From contig NC_045707.1 in NCBI RefSeq assembly GCF_009834535.1, positions 63,180,001 through 63,244,000 on the forward strand: a stretch of 64,000 nucleotides of DNA, read 5' to 3'. The notes under the pieces were generated by a model that saw only the letters and a list, made by a program, of their open reading frames with translations, ran no database searches and was not told where the DNA came from. This document shows positions 1-12,793 of the stretch, one piece after another. This DNA is from Camelus ferus. Taxonomy: Eukaryota. Every line of letters begins with the position of its first letter. Position 1 is the stretch's first letter. The position numbers and the translations under genes were made by a program.

Positions 1-695
1 TTGGTTGTACTTATGTTACAGGTCTTGCAGAGCAAATTCTTTTTAACACATCTGGAAAAACACTGAATAATTCATGGTGAACAGTTCATATATCATAGGA
101 AGATAAACGTTTCTACCAGCGATGGTCAAAGTGACAGATTAAACTGGTATAATCTGCTTTTGCAAATAATAAATATTTGAGAACAATGATGTCAAACAGA
201 ACATTTCCTTATTTTGGTATAAGTTTTTGGCATCATCGCTTTTTTTGTTTATCAAGAAACGTCTAACCATTTTTAGCAAGTTGGAATATTTTGCTTACAA
301 ACTGCTCTTCCATAAGAAGGGAATGAATGGGTTAATTTTCCCTGCAATATTTCTAGATATGAAAAGACAGCATAGCATTATTGTTAGGCTCCAGATTCCG
401 CAACGGTTTTCTTCTTAGAAAGTGTCTAATCCTATCAATTTATTGGTTGCTTTTGAAATTCCTAAGAAGATGCAGGAAGACCTTGACACCATGCAAACCT
501 GAATATGGCCTTTGGAAGAAATACTTTCTTCCAAAGGGAACGCTCATTTATCTTTTATCTCTAAGTTTAAAAATATACAAAACCTGAAACACTTAGTGTC
601 TTTCTGAACGTCAATAGCTTTTTAAAAAATCATCCTTTAAGAACATACATGAAACTTCAATTTGCAGCTTTGTTTCAAATTTTAAAAATTCATAC

Positions 696-737
696 AGAAA
701 AGAAAATGGGGAAAAAAAAAAAAGAAAAGAAAATGGG
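696..737 (+). mobile_element. Solo poly(A) retrotransposition footprint with 15-bp target-site duplication
   Basis: agaaaagaaaatggg (696-710) + gA11 (711-722) + agaaaagaaaatggg (723-737). Confidence 0.6.
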
Positions 738-3700
738 AGGTACTGTAACTAAGAAAGCCTCCCAGATACATACCTGAACATACAGAAGTATATGTGAATA
801 TATGTGAATACTAATGAATTACGTTTGCTTTTCTTCCCTTTCTAAAGATACCTCACTTAATAAAAGTCGGTCTTCCATTTCAATCAGCAAATGAAGCAGA
901 CTTTCATTTTCTGAGATTTAACACACCTTGAAAACATGCTCTTTAAAAGTCTCCATTTTCCATACAACCGTGAGGCCAAGTCTTGTTTCTTATAAAAGAA
1001 ATGCAAATGTAAACAGAAGTATGACTGTATTATCTGTACTTCAGTTGTTCTTTTATCCTCAGAAAGGTATCTGTGCCATCAAATTTCTAAATCAGTTCAT
1101 GTACATCCACAATTAACAAATGCTCAGCCTTACTCATTCTTCTTCCTAATAGATAATCCCTCCCAGAGCTACCATCTCACCAGTACAGGAGTTTGTAAAA
1201 TGCACAGAATTGGTCCTAAAAGGAGGCGATGTCAACACAGTGAGTTATTGTGTTGCTTTATCAGCCTTGGGGAGAGTATCTTTAACACGTTAGTATAACA
1301 GAAGTAGTGCCTGTTTTCACTGTTCCTCTTTGCTAGAAATTCTTAGCATCTCTTCAGTCACCTTTAGATGGACTCCAAGTCTCTGGCCTGCTTCTTAACA
1401 CTGGCATCTTTTTCGGATTATTTTGCATGCTCTTTGAATGTTAGTCTAACACTCAGTGCGTTGGGTCTATGACCATCAGAACTTCTCCTACACGGACTCA
1501 GAATTCAGACGTGGCCGATGAGACACACTAACGCTAAGGAAAAAGCAACCCATTCTCCCAGAATAGACGGCCACAGCTCCCCAGGTCCTCTCAAATGAGA
1601 AAAAAATAATTTTTTCTCTTTTCTTAAAAAAAAAAAAAAAGAAAGTCGATGTTTTCAGCACAAAGAGCAATTACTTTGCAGAGTGGTTAGGAGGGAAGTA
1701 TAAGGGGACAGCCCAAAGAAGTCCATTTTAAAGACTGTGACCCCCAAACGACCCAAGCAGGCACTCCTTCTGCTTTTCTTCTAGACTTTCAATGTAAATG
1801 TCACTTTTAAGCTACTGACAAGGATCGAAAATTCCATAGACCCTTGGGATTAGCCATAGAAGCTTTTAAATTCAATCTGTGTCATTCATTTGAGAATAAA
1901 ATCTCACCAACCAGTCGGAAACAATTGGATCACCTTCCAAATTACTGACTTCTCAGGAGTAGAATATTGTATGTGGATTTTTTTGTCGTAATAGACAAAA
2001 TACAATTATATGGAAAATCATTTATATGTGTGTACATATACACATACGTATTTGGGATTCAGTATTTATAAGTTAAGATTTTAAAATAAATATTTAATTC
2101 CCAAAGGTTCATCTCTGACACTATACCTCCCCTGGACAAAAAAATATATTGATATTGATGAATTACAGGCAATAGGACCAATATACCAACAACCACTGAA
2201 ATGAATATTAACTAACTTTGAGAAGCACATGAAAGCATTTCCCCTACAGATGCTAAGTCAAGGACGGACTTAAGAAATGAACAGGTAAACAAGTAAAATA
2301 TGAACCAAAACTTTTGTTTCTCTCTATTTTTCTATTTACCCATCTCTGAATGTTTAGAGTGTTTATTATTGTTTAGAATAATTAAGCAGTGTATCTTAAA
2401 AAAAACAATTGAACTCAATAAACTCTGTGTATATTTCAGTTCACCAAAGATTTTCTCAACTTCTTTTTGAAGCAAAATAAAATAATTTAAGAAGTAAAGT
2501 GATTTTATTGCAATGCCTATTAAATTTAGCAGGTAATTTTTGCTGGAGCACATTAAAATGATACTGAGTCTAATGGCAGAATTCATTTTTACTATTTTAG
2601 TCCTGCCCATGATAAAAACAACTGAGAATATTTATCAAGGTTTTGGGCAATAAACTTTGAGATATCCTAAGTATTAATATAATGAAGTTTATTTGCATGA
2701 TTCTCTATTAATAGTTATCTTTATGCCCAGGTATGTGTCCTCATAAAAATTTAAGGAGAATTCCCAGTCTGCAGACTTTATCAGTGTACAGTTATTGCTG
2801 TGTGAAGCGCCTTAGCATCCCAAACTATTTAATAAAAGAACATACACTCATGTTTAATAATTCTCATCTGAGCAGCATGTCCTTACAAGGCTACTTTCAG
2901 GAAACTAAAGGAAACATCTACAATATAGATACAAATTATAGTGAAAAAGCTGTGCAATATCCACAGGGGATATGATTTCATCTGCATCGGCACCAGGTCT
3001 GTAAAATAAGGAGTTCTTCATGGTTGTACCTTACTATTCATCCTTTTCCTATATTAAAACTCTTTTTATCATAGACTTTTTCAAATTAAAATGATCAAGA
3101 ATTGTTGAAGACATTAACTCTGCTGCACGAATCTTTCCTTTCTTTTTCCCTTAGAGGAAATACAGTAAGATTTAATAAGACTGCTATCAATAGCATACAG
3201 TAACTTAATGCATCCAATAATGTTGCCATTAACAATCAGCTTTGATAAAATAACTTCACGCAAAAGGAATACTCGCCCCATGAAATCTCTCCCCAGTCCT
3301 GAGCTGAAGAAGTTGCTTCTGATGATCTTGACACTTCTGTTCAATGAATGAAACCTTGCACGAGGCTTGTGTTCCTATAGAATAGTCCACATTGCCAATA
3401 TAGTTAAGTACTAATTTGGTGAGACTGAGTCTAAATACAAAGATTGTAGAAATTTTTTGTAATCTATACATAGCTATTATAAATCTAGGGTGTCGAAATA
3501 GATTACTAGGGTTGGAAATGTTAGGGCTTCTATACATGAAATCAATGCCCCTTTCTAATGGAGCATTCATTATTTTCCAGGTCCGCGATGCCTGCTCACA
3601 TTTGCATAGCGGCTCATGCATTTCAAAGACCTCGCAAGTTACTTGATCTTCACCAAAATTATGTGTACTTATGCAGTCAGTGGGATTGCCTCATTTCTCA

Positions 3701-3929
3701 AATGATAAGGATGCGTCAAAGAAGTGAAATCCCTTTCTTCGAATCTGAATTTCTTCTTTCCGATCCATTCCCCTGATCTTATATCATACTACCTGTAAAG
3801 CACCATATCTATACAACGGTAGGTAAACTTGATTCATTTTTGGGGGAACAAAAACTTCATAGTAGTTTTTATTCCATGTAGCATTCTTAACATAAAAACT
3901 GATTATCTTGGTATCAGAAACTGGCTGTA

Positions 3930-3930
3930 A

Positions 3931-3961
<31 letters not shown>

Positions 3962-3973
3962 CACACACACACA
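3930..3973. repeat. (CA)n microsatellite with one interruption
   Basis: Direct reading. Confidence 0.95.
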
Positions 3974-6572
3974 GAGGTAAGATTTTACCAACAGTTTTAC
4001 ACGCTACACAAGTTTACTCGCTTAAATCAGAACAAGAGCTTTCTGAACAATACTAGTTAATTCCCGGCTTCTTTATTGCTGTTCTGTCGAAGGTAGACTG
4101 TCCCTGGCAAACTGAAATTGTATTTCATTGCCTAAGCCTTGGCGTCTAAATAATAAAAGTACTGTTTTTGAGATTAGAGGCAAAAGAGATCAGCTTCCTG
4201 AATCTCTTTCCTTCTGACACAAGCCTGGCTTCTGGTTTTTCTATTTTAGGCTAAGTTCTAGTGGGGCCCGCCTTGCTCTCCCAGGTAAGCTTTCGTGCAC
4301 ACCGCAATAGGATGAGTTATTGCTGACACAGCCATCACTCTTGTTCTTCCCAGTATTTCTTTCACCCTTTTGCTGATGCCATTATGAAAACCAGTGCTGA
4401 CACAGCCTTAAAGTCACTTAATATCCTCTCTTATTTATGCGGCTAACTTAGTCTTAAAATTTTGTTTGCAAAGAAGCTATTAATGATCCATGGAGGAGCA
4501 ATTTGTTTGGAGTTTCTTATAGGTTTTTATAAATTTAGTATAGCGAAGTACTTTACAAACTAAATTTTAAAAGCTACTAAACAAGTAACAGCAACCAAAA
4601 ATCAGAAAGTATTTATAATCATCTTTAAAAATCTGAACATAAAGAGACATCATAATAAAACCTGCTTTCACTGTTGCCTAATTAATTGTGAGGAGTTTAT
4701 TCTTTCATTTCTCAGGTTAGTCCATCACTATTTCCATTTTTGGTTATAAAGGATGGATTTATATCTTACCACCCCAAGGTTTTTATAGTTCCGGTGCATC
4801 GTCGTTATTCTACGAAGGACAGAGTGTCAGATGTGCTATTATATTCACTTTCAACACTTCTTACAAAAACGCTCTTCCTTTATAATTTGAAAAATAATGA
4901 AGGAATACAAAAAATTATTCATAGACAAAATCCAGTATGAGATTGAAACCTGGGATATACTGCCATGTTAAAACTATCAAATGCTGTCAGAGAATTCTGT
5001 TGATTACTTTTTAATTCTCAGATACATTTTTATGAGTATGAACAGAAAGGCTATCATGGATAGCTGGATGAGCTATAAAAAAAAAAGGTTTACCTATATG
5101 AGTAACATGTCATTTGCAATACAAACATCTTTTAATATAGAAACATAATGAAATTATGAATCAGTAATAATCCACAGCAATAATGAAAATTCAATGGAAA
5201 TTTTAAACAGATTTGGTGACAGTCAACTAAAAAACCAAAATATATTTTTACAAATGTTTCAATAGCTTTAAACATTTCAGCTTTCAAATTTCATATCTGT
5301 TAAAAAACACTTTAATTAATATTGCATGGCCTTGATGATTTTTCTTCAAAGTTCTTTGAAGGCATTTTTAATTAATTTCAAGGCCATAATAAGGCAGTTC
5401 AAGTAAGATTTTAAAAATTGTATTATATATACATACATACCTAGGCACATGAGGCTAAGAAAAGTTAACTCATACATGTGTGCAAATGAACCATGTTGCC
5501 TTTATAAAATATAACCAAAGATGTATGATTCAAACATATCAATATAGTATTAAAATTATAACATTTCTTCTGAGATCACTTTTTTTACTCAGCAGGAGTT
5601 GGCTGAATTTATGGTAGAGAAGTTCTATCATGACTTACAGACTTCATATTTCACCTTGGTTTAAACAGTATTCAAATCATACTTGTAATCATGACAGATA
5701 ATTAGATAATCACATATTATTAAGAATTTAAACATCAAAAAAGAGTAGTGTAAAATAAATCCATATTGTGACCTATGCCATATCACAGGTGACATTTGAG
5801 CTTCTGGAAGTTGATAAATGTTAGTACTTTGCAACTTTTACGTAATGCCACTTAAAATAAATTTAAAATTGAAGTTCCAAAACAACATATACCCCGGGGT
5901 TCTATTTAATAACATAGTCGGTTACTGATTAAGGGAAGCTTATATAAAATGAAAAACTTACATTCAAGGACCTACAAAAATGACTCCTTCCCTCCACTGT
6001 TTTCCCCTAGGATGTTCTGAAACATCACTGCTTAAGGGACAACAATCCTACTTCAGGTTCAGAGGTACAGGTATGTTCCTAGAGACGGGGTCACTAAGCT
6101 GTAAGCTCTACAAAGTTAGCTACCTCTTATTAAGTCACTTAATCCTTAAGTAAAAACAAAACCAATTAAAAATTTTAGCTAATTTGATTTTATCACTATG
6201 AGAAACATTGTTTTCTTTTTTTATATATCGAAATATCCTATACTCTTAAAAAATTACTTATAAATTACTGCTACCTTCTCTGTTTTAAAGGATTATTTGT
6301 CTTTGTTATCAAATACTGTAATGTAAAATATTTCTATTAGAAAACTTATAGCATTTTGAAATCAATATATAACTAACCAGACGATTTAGTTCTAATAAAC
6401 AAAGGAGAATTCTTTTGGAATACTGTTTGAATTTGGGGTTCCTTTTCCTTTATTGGAGATCAAAGTCTTTTTTCACGCATCAGCTGGTATTTTTAGTCAC
6501 CTCTGATGATAATATAAGCCCAATGTAACCTTTCACTGGGAGTTCCAAACAATTAAAGTGAAGCCCACTTAC

Positions 6573-6686
6573 CATGTTCCAGCCAGGGTAGAGGTAGTCT
6601 GTACCAACGAACTCAAAGTAGTGAGCAAAACCCTCCTTCAGCCACACGTCTTCCCACCACACAGGAGTCACGAGGTCACCAAACCA
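6573..6686 (-). CDS. TRHDE: Internal coding exon (114 nt, probably exon 5) of TRHDE; contains the distal zinc-ligand Glu of HExxH-x18-E
   Basis: Translates to [38 protein letters not shown] (overlaps ORF 6480..6671). Acceptor ...ttcgtcacggcag at 6687; donor ATG|gtaagt at 6572. Joins in frame (phase 0) to the 9697-9851 exon, giving exactly 18 residues between HEICH and E. Confidence 0.97.
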
Positions 6687-7549
6687 CTGCCGTGACGAAA
6701 TGAATGGGCATCAGATAAAATCAAATCTATCGCAGAATTATTTTATCCAAAATTAAACTATGTATTAGACTATGATGATCACAACTGGCATTCATTCCTC
6801 AGTTGATTCTGTGATCTTAAAATATGTCATGGCAAGACTTGATTTATTTGACTACTTGGGTGACGTTAGTTTTTAATAAATGCATTCAGGGAAGAACAAA
6901 AATAAAACTGATCAAGGAACACAAAAAGAATATTTCACCTGGAGAAGAAAGGACTCAGGAGAAAAAAAAAAAAAAAACCTGATGACAGCTGCCTTCAAAT
7001 ATTTGAAGACCTAGTATGTAAAAGAGGAATAGGGTTGGGACCTGGGGCCCTACAAAGGACAAATCAGGACTAATGGACGGAAATTAGGATTGGTGGACAT
7101 CTGCTGAAAATGCAGGAGACCCTCTAACAGACTGAAATGGGGGAATGGGAAACACCACCTCTAGAGGCAGTGAGCTCATCACGGGGCGTAGCGAAGCATC
7201 GCTCTCTAGTGGCAGAAGCAATTCAGAGAAGATACCCACTGACCAAAGGAACTCAGGGCTTTTTAAGATGCTCCACATCTGACTCTCCACGATTCTATGA
7301 TAATGAAGGGTTGGACCAAAACAAAACCAAAACAACAACAACAACAACAAAAAAAAAAACTCTTAAGATTCCTACAGGAAAAATAATGCTGTCATTTTTA
7401 ACTGATGTTTTGATTAGCTTGTGAAGCATGACTCTGAAATCTTTGCCTAGGTGAGCAAAAGCGTAAAGGAATTCTTTTTTTCTTCCCTGAAAAACAAAAC
7501 AAACAAAAACCACCAAAAAAAACCAAAACAAAACAAAAAAAAAAAAAAA

Positions 7550-7930
7550 CCCATTATATGCCAGGAGCTAACCCTAAAGACCTGGGATTCAGTGATGAAA
7601 GTCAGTGTCCCTCCTCAGGCAGCTGACACTTTATTGTGGAGGCGGGGATAACAAGGTGAAATAGAAAATAAAAAATAAATACGCAAATGAACAGTGCAGT
7701 TTCAGATCCTATTAAAGTGTGACAGGAATGGGGGAGGATGGCTTCAGCATCGAAAAGCAAAAAAGGTTCTCTCTAAGCAGATGACATTCGAGCTCAGACT
7801 TTCAGGATAAGGAGGAGCCAGCCAGCAGAAAGCCTTGGGCAAGAGGATGCCAGACAGGCAAGTAACCTTTAGTGTGAAGACTCTAAGTGGGAGTGAGTTA
7901 CTTAAGAAACAGAAGGAAAAGCCAGACAAG
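7550..7930. mobile_element. Old L2 LINE fragment
   Basis: L2-like text (tatgccagg...agatgacattcgagctcagact...aggagccagcc...aagaggatgccagacagg); highly diverged. Confidence 0.55.
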
Positions 7931-8611
7931 GATCAGATCGTTGGATCACAGCTTTAGGAGCCAGAGCTAAGAGCAGGGGTGACTGAGCATTTCAATATTA
8001 ATAATAAAGGATCCCTTACTGAAGAGGATCTCCATTCGAAATACAAATGGAGACACCTGAATATGCTGATGACCACAAAATAAATCATATTTAACATATT
8101 TTTTATTCTCCATCAGAAATAAATGTTTCTTCTTCCGTAACTTGAAAGTTTGTCTTAAGAATTGTGACAATAAACAGGTGGGGAGAGGTGGTAATGGAGA
8201 AAATAATTTGGCAGCAATGGGGGAAATTATTACGTGTTTCTCCCCAGCTTCTGGTTCATTTCCTCACAGGAAGTTAGCCCAGCACCACTACGCTGTAAGA
8301 AGAAAGTAACTTGGAAGCTGGAACAAACGAAATCCAGTTCAAGGAACCACGATTATCAGTGTGTTCTTATTTCAACAGGACTCTACCTGTAACTTGTTTC
8401 TAGGAACGTTCCAAAAAGGAAACTGCTTTTGCAACAAAGAATTGTAACGTTTAGCTGGAAACCATTTTTAGCACAATGGAGGAGCCCGGCTGTCTCTGCA
8501 CCGGATCCCATTAAATCTCTGAAGCAAGGAACACATGTCCAACTGGGCCAGGGCGACAGGTACATACACGTTCACTGCAAGAGGTGGACATTAGGCAAAT
8601 AGTCATATCGG

Positions 8612-8769
8612 CTGGAACACTTTATCATTTTTTTTCCAAATGAGCAATTATTTATTATTTCATTTCATCCTCGTAGATGTGGCCTGTTACTCACATCTGT
8701 CAAGATCTATTTGGATCTTTATTCTATCAAACAAATAATCTTCCTTCCAAACTGGAACACTTTATCATT
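8612..8769 (-). mobile_element. Short retroposed insertion (122 bp) with perfect 18-bp TSD, AATAAA and short poly(A)
   Basis: ctggaacactttatcatt at 8612-8629 and 8752-8769; T-run to 8635; tttatt (AATAAA on minus) at 8651-8656; right TSD followed by AA, resembling an L1 endonuclease site. Confidence 0.7.
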
Positions 8770-9696
8770 AAGTCCCTATTCATGTATTAGAATTTAGCCG
8801 TCCACCTTCTTTCCATGACAGCATTTTCCATCTCACTCTTTCTTAACTTTTTCTAGCTTTTTAAAAAGATTTGGGGTCTATAACAAATTGAAGTCATGTG
8901 ACGTCACACATGAGATTTCTGACGTTTTCAGTTAAAAACTATCCATAGATTCTGGTAACCAGGACAAATACTGCTTTCATCAGCACAAACATTTATTTCC
9001 AGTATTTTTTTTTTCCACTGGAATCAAGATTCAAACAAGCATTGTGAAATCTCTGTCATACCTTCCCCTCATTGTAAGAAAGTGCATAAAAGCAAAATGA
9101 AGTTAATTTTATCTTCACTTCACGACAAAGCTGACTAATTTACATATGAATTTCTAAACATGCCAAGACAAAAAAATATCAATCATTGGAGAACAAAGAG
9201 TCTGTGGCTGAGTTAGTGAAAGACTTCCTAAGTGTCTGTGTGATGGGAGACGGGGAATAACAAATTGATTTCTGCAAAAGCAGATTTTGACATGTACACA
9301 AAACTCCGCTGCATCTTGCAGCGATGCAATAAATCAGTGCCGTCCCTGCACTTACCATATAACCACACCAATAATCACAAGAAAGCAAAGCAAGGTGAAC
9401 ACAGAACAGTGAGAGGGCTGGGTCTCCAAAGAGGCTGCTGACTGGCACCGCCATCTCGCCCCTCAACTAAACTGAGTGACAGTTGCTTATTCAATACGAT
9501 CCCTGTGTCTCCTTGCGTGTGTGCTGTCATCTGAGAAAAACGGCATCTCTTCCAAAAGGAACTACACGGTGCGCCATACAGAAATTCAAAATTTAATTGG
9601 GAGGGTAACAACGTAGCTCCTAATCCAAGGATCTGACATGAGTCTACGTGTTCAATGGTTTGCAATTATACTTACACCTGATCCTTTTTCTCATAC

Positions 9697-9851
9697 CTGG
9701 TGACATATCTCATGAACAATGACCATGGTGACATCCAGCAAATAAGAAATAGATGAAACACTGGGATCCAGCAGTATTCTTTGCTCCACAAAAATACTGA
9801 GTCCCCAGTTCTCCATAGCAGCATACGGGTGCTTAGGCACGGCTAAAAGAT
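9697..9851 (-). CDS. TRHDE: Internal coding exon (155 nt, probably exon 4) of TRH-degrading ectoenzyme / pyroglutamyl peptidase II; carries the exopeptidase motif and the HExxH zinc motif
   Basis: Manual minus-strand translation gives (D)LLAVPKHPYAAMENWGLSIFVEQRILLDPSVSSISYLLDVTMVIVHEICHQ. Acceptor ttattctatttctag at 9852-9866 (phase 1); donor CAG|gtatga at 9696. AAMEN and HEICH are the TRHDE versions of the M1 GAMEN and HExxH motifs. Not in the ORF track. Confidence 0.97.
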
Positions 9852-10429
9852 CTAGAAATAGAATAAAACAATTCCAAAGGCTTTAAGAAACATACCAGAT
9901 TCTCGATTCATAGCCTACAAAAGTCCAGAAATCCTCATTAGAAGGAATACTTGCTCTTTCTTAGTCATTTTTTTCCCCCTAAATTAAACTACCTGCCATT
10001 TTTACAGGACAGCAGAAATAGAGGCTATCACTCTGAACGCTGGCCATACCCATTCATCACAGTTCATTTGCAGACCCAGTGCTGCAGGAGGTTGGAAGTG
10101 TCACCACCATGATTGATGGGCCTCCCCTTATAAGTTGCAGAAAGTCAAAGGAACCGAATGCAGCAGGAATCCACAGAGTCAAAAGGCACTGTGCCTTCTA
10201 GTGAAACTATATCCAGCTCGATGCAGTGAATACTGCACTTTTGCTTTTACCTCAAAATTTTTCAAGAGAAAACATCTCACATCAATTTAAAAATCTGACA
10301 GGTCCCATTTCTAATTGCTGAATTCTGACTTTTTTTTTTTTTTTTTTTTGGTTTCTGTTAAAAATAAAATGTTACATGTCAATACAGCTTCTATACTGAA
10401 AACTATAATCGTCGAAGTAATGGCAAAAG

Positions 10430-10600
10430 GGCTGTTGAGGGACGCTGCAGGCTTTGGCTCTGGTCCCGCCTCCACCATTAACTAGATATATGACGTCAGT
10501 AAATCACTTACTTTCTCAAGACCACAATTCCCTCACCTATAAAATAAGATGATTGGACTTCATTATCTCTAAAATCCCTTCCCGCTCCAAAAATCTATGA
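10430..10600. mobile_element. MIR SINE
   Basis: MIR core-like: ggctctggtcc...aaatcacttactttctc...ttccctcacctataaaataag. Confidence 0.6.
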
Positions 10601-10654
10601 TCAGATGATGCTAAGATTTGTGCTGGGTTTTAAAAGGTTGTAGAGGTGTGTTAT

Positions 10655-12560
10655 CAGCTTCTGGTTATGATGACACAGTACATTCATGCTTTGATGGACT
10701 CCCTCTGCTCCAAACACATAGCAATGATGAATAAAATATTAAAAGGAAAAACTAAAAATCATCTCCAGGCTTGAAAATAAACCTCTCCCTGGACCAGAAA
10801 CGGTACATAAATGCAAAGTAGTGATTGCATGTGAAGCCACAGGCCTGCTGGGGTCTGGCTCCAGGAGCAGGCAGTGGCATCTGGGAATTGGCTCCAGCAG
10901 GATCCACTGGAGTCAAAGGAACCTAAGCCAAGCTGATGGCTTGTTGCCAGGGGCTGAGGTAGGGCGTACATGCTCATGAGAAGGGCTGAAAATGGCTGGT
11001 GCTCAGTGCTTCTTGGGAAAGCCAGCAAGCAGCTGTATAAGGATTCAAACCCAGGCAACCTGGCATCATGTCCCCATGTAAACCCTAGAGTAACTCCCTA
11101 GGATGCTAAGGGGAAAATGGTACAAGAGTATTTGCTGCAGAATTGTTTGTGAGAGTGGCAAGAGAAAACGAAATGCGTTTTATCAAGATAGTGGACAAAG
11201 GAACTGTGTAATAGTTCTAAAAAGGCATACCATACAACGATTGAAATAAATGGTCTCACCCCTAGACTCCAACACTGCATGTACCAATACAGATAATCTG
11301 AAAAACATAATGTTGGGGCAACAAACAAGATGTAAAATGGCCCTCACCACAGACTACTTAAAAACCAGCAGAATAGTACCATAGGTGGTAAATGGATACT
11401 CACATATGCACACACACGCCCAGACAGGCAGTGCTGTGAAATGCACCTATATTCACACACACACAGGAATGAGAAACACCAAATTCAGAATTACGATGGC
11501 TTCAGGAAAGAAAGGAGAAGGAAGGGATGAAGGATGGTCTTTTAGGTTTCTGGACCCAATTTCAACACATGTGTATGTGGAGGGGGGCTGCTGCCCCACA
11601 TCACCGATAAGCAATTTTTGGATTCCAGCAGAGTGACCTAGTATTCAACTCAATTCTGACACCACCTACCCGGAGATAGAATCAGATTCCACAGGTTAAG
11701 AAGTCAGTTCCAAGTCAGGTTGTTACCTTTGCTTCTGACCTATGGGCTGAAGACTGACAGTTCGACCACTGCCACCAAATCAGATGCCAACTGAAAGTCC
11801 AGGTGGTTATCTGTACTTCTGACCAACTGGCTGTAAATCAGAGGTTCCCAGGACCTCCTCCTTGGTTGGGTTTGATTAATCTGCCAGAGCAGCTCACAGA
11901 ACTTAGAAACATTTAGCTTCCTAGATCACCAGTTTATTACCAAAGGATACATGTGAGGAAGAGCCAGATGGAAGAGATGCATAGGGCAAGAGACGGGGAA
12001 AGGGTGAAGAGTGTGCCGTTCCCCCCAGATTTCCACCTGTTCACCCACCTGGAAGCTCTCTGGGCCCCTTCCTTTTGGGGTTTTATGGAGACTTCATTAC
12101 AGAGGAATGGTTGATTAAATCATTGGCCTCTGACGACTGAACTCAACCTCCAGTCCCCTCTCCAACTCCCCTCCCCAAGGTCAGGGGGTAGGACTGTAAG
12201 TTCCAACCCTCTAATCACTCACTAGGTTGGTTCCCCTGGCAACCAGCCCCCATCCTGGAAGAGTTCTGAAAGTCACTTCAGTAACATAACAAAAAACAAC
12301 TTTACGGCTCTCCTCACTTAGGAAACTCCCAGAGTTTTGGGGAGCTTCCAGCCAGGAACTCTGTATGAAGACCAAATATATATGAAAAATCTGAAAGACC
12401 TGAATATATTTCTTAGAAATCACAATATCACAGACAGTCATATGTAAGAGATTTCAAATGTGTCTTTAACATTCATTTTTTTAAACCTGATAATGGGTAC
12501 CTGGGTATTATTTATAATATTATTAATTGTTTTCTGTGTGCCTTAAATATATCATAATAA
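10655..12560 (+). mobile_element. Ancient L1M (L1ME/MC-type) fragments interrupted by the MER21-like LTR
   Basis: 5'-end-like start (agcttctggttatgatgac...); 3'-UTR-like text at 11200-11530 that resumes at 12433-12560 after the LTR. Confidence 0.5.
11535..12432 (-). mobile_element. MER21-like ERVL solo LTR (copy 1)
   Basis: Typical text attcaactcaattctgacacc...atcagattccacaggtt...gttccaaccctctaatca...atcacaatatcaca; homologous to 61716-62549; AATAAA on minus at 11933-11938. Confidence 0.8.
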
Positions 12561-12793
12561 GAAAAAAATTAAATGGTCAGCAGTCTAACAATATAGTTAA
12601 TTTTCATGTATTCATGACTTCAACAAACATCTCAGCATTTACTATGTCCTTAACTCTGAAGTGTGTATTTAAAATAAGTCAAGTGTGGCCCCTGTTTCCA
12701 CTGCATGGGAACTCGACAGCTTAACATGAGAAATAGAGAAAAAATTAAAAGTGCTGTGAAAGAGAAAGAAAACAGATCTGATTGGAGACATTC

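Noticed and set aside
4321..4407. 13-bp direct repeat tgctgacacagcc as a TSD
   Set aside because: No tail or element hallmarks between the copies; chance or a small local duplication.
6480..6572. ORF continuation past the exon (VSGLHFNC...)
   Set aside because: Read-through beyond a canonical gtaagt donor; similarity to TRHDE stops at ...PGWNM.
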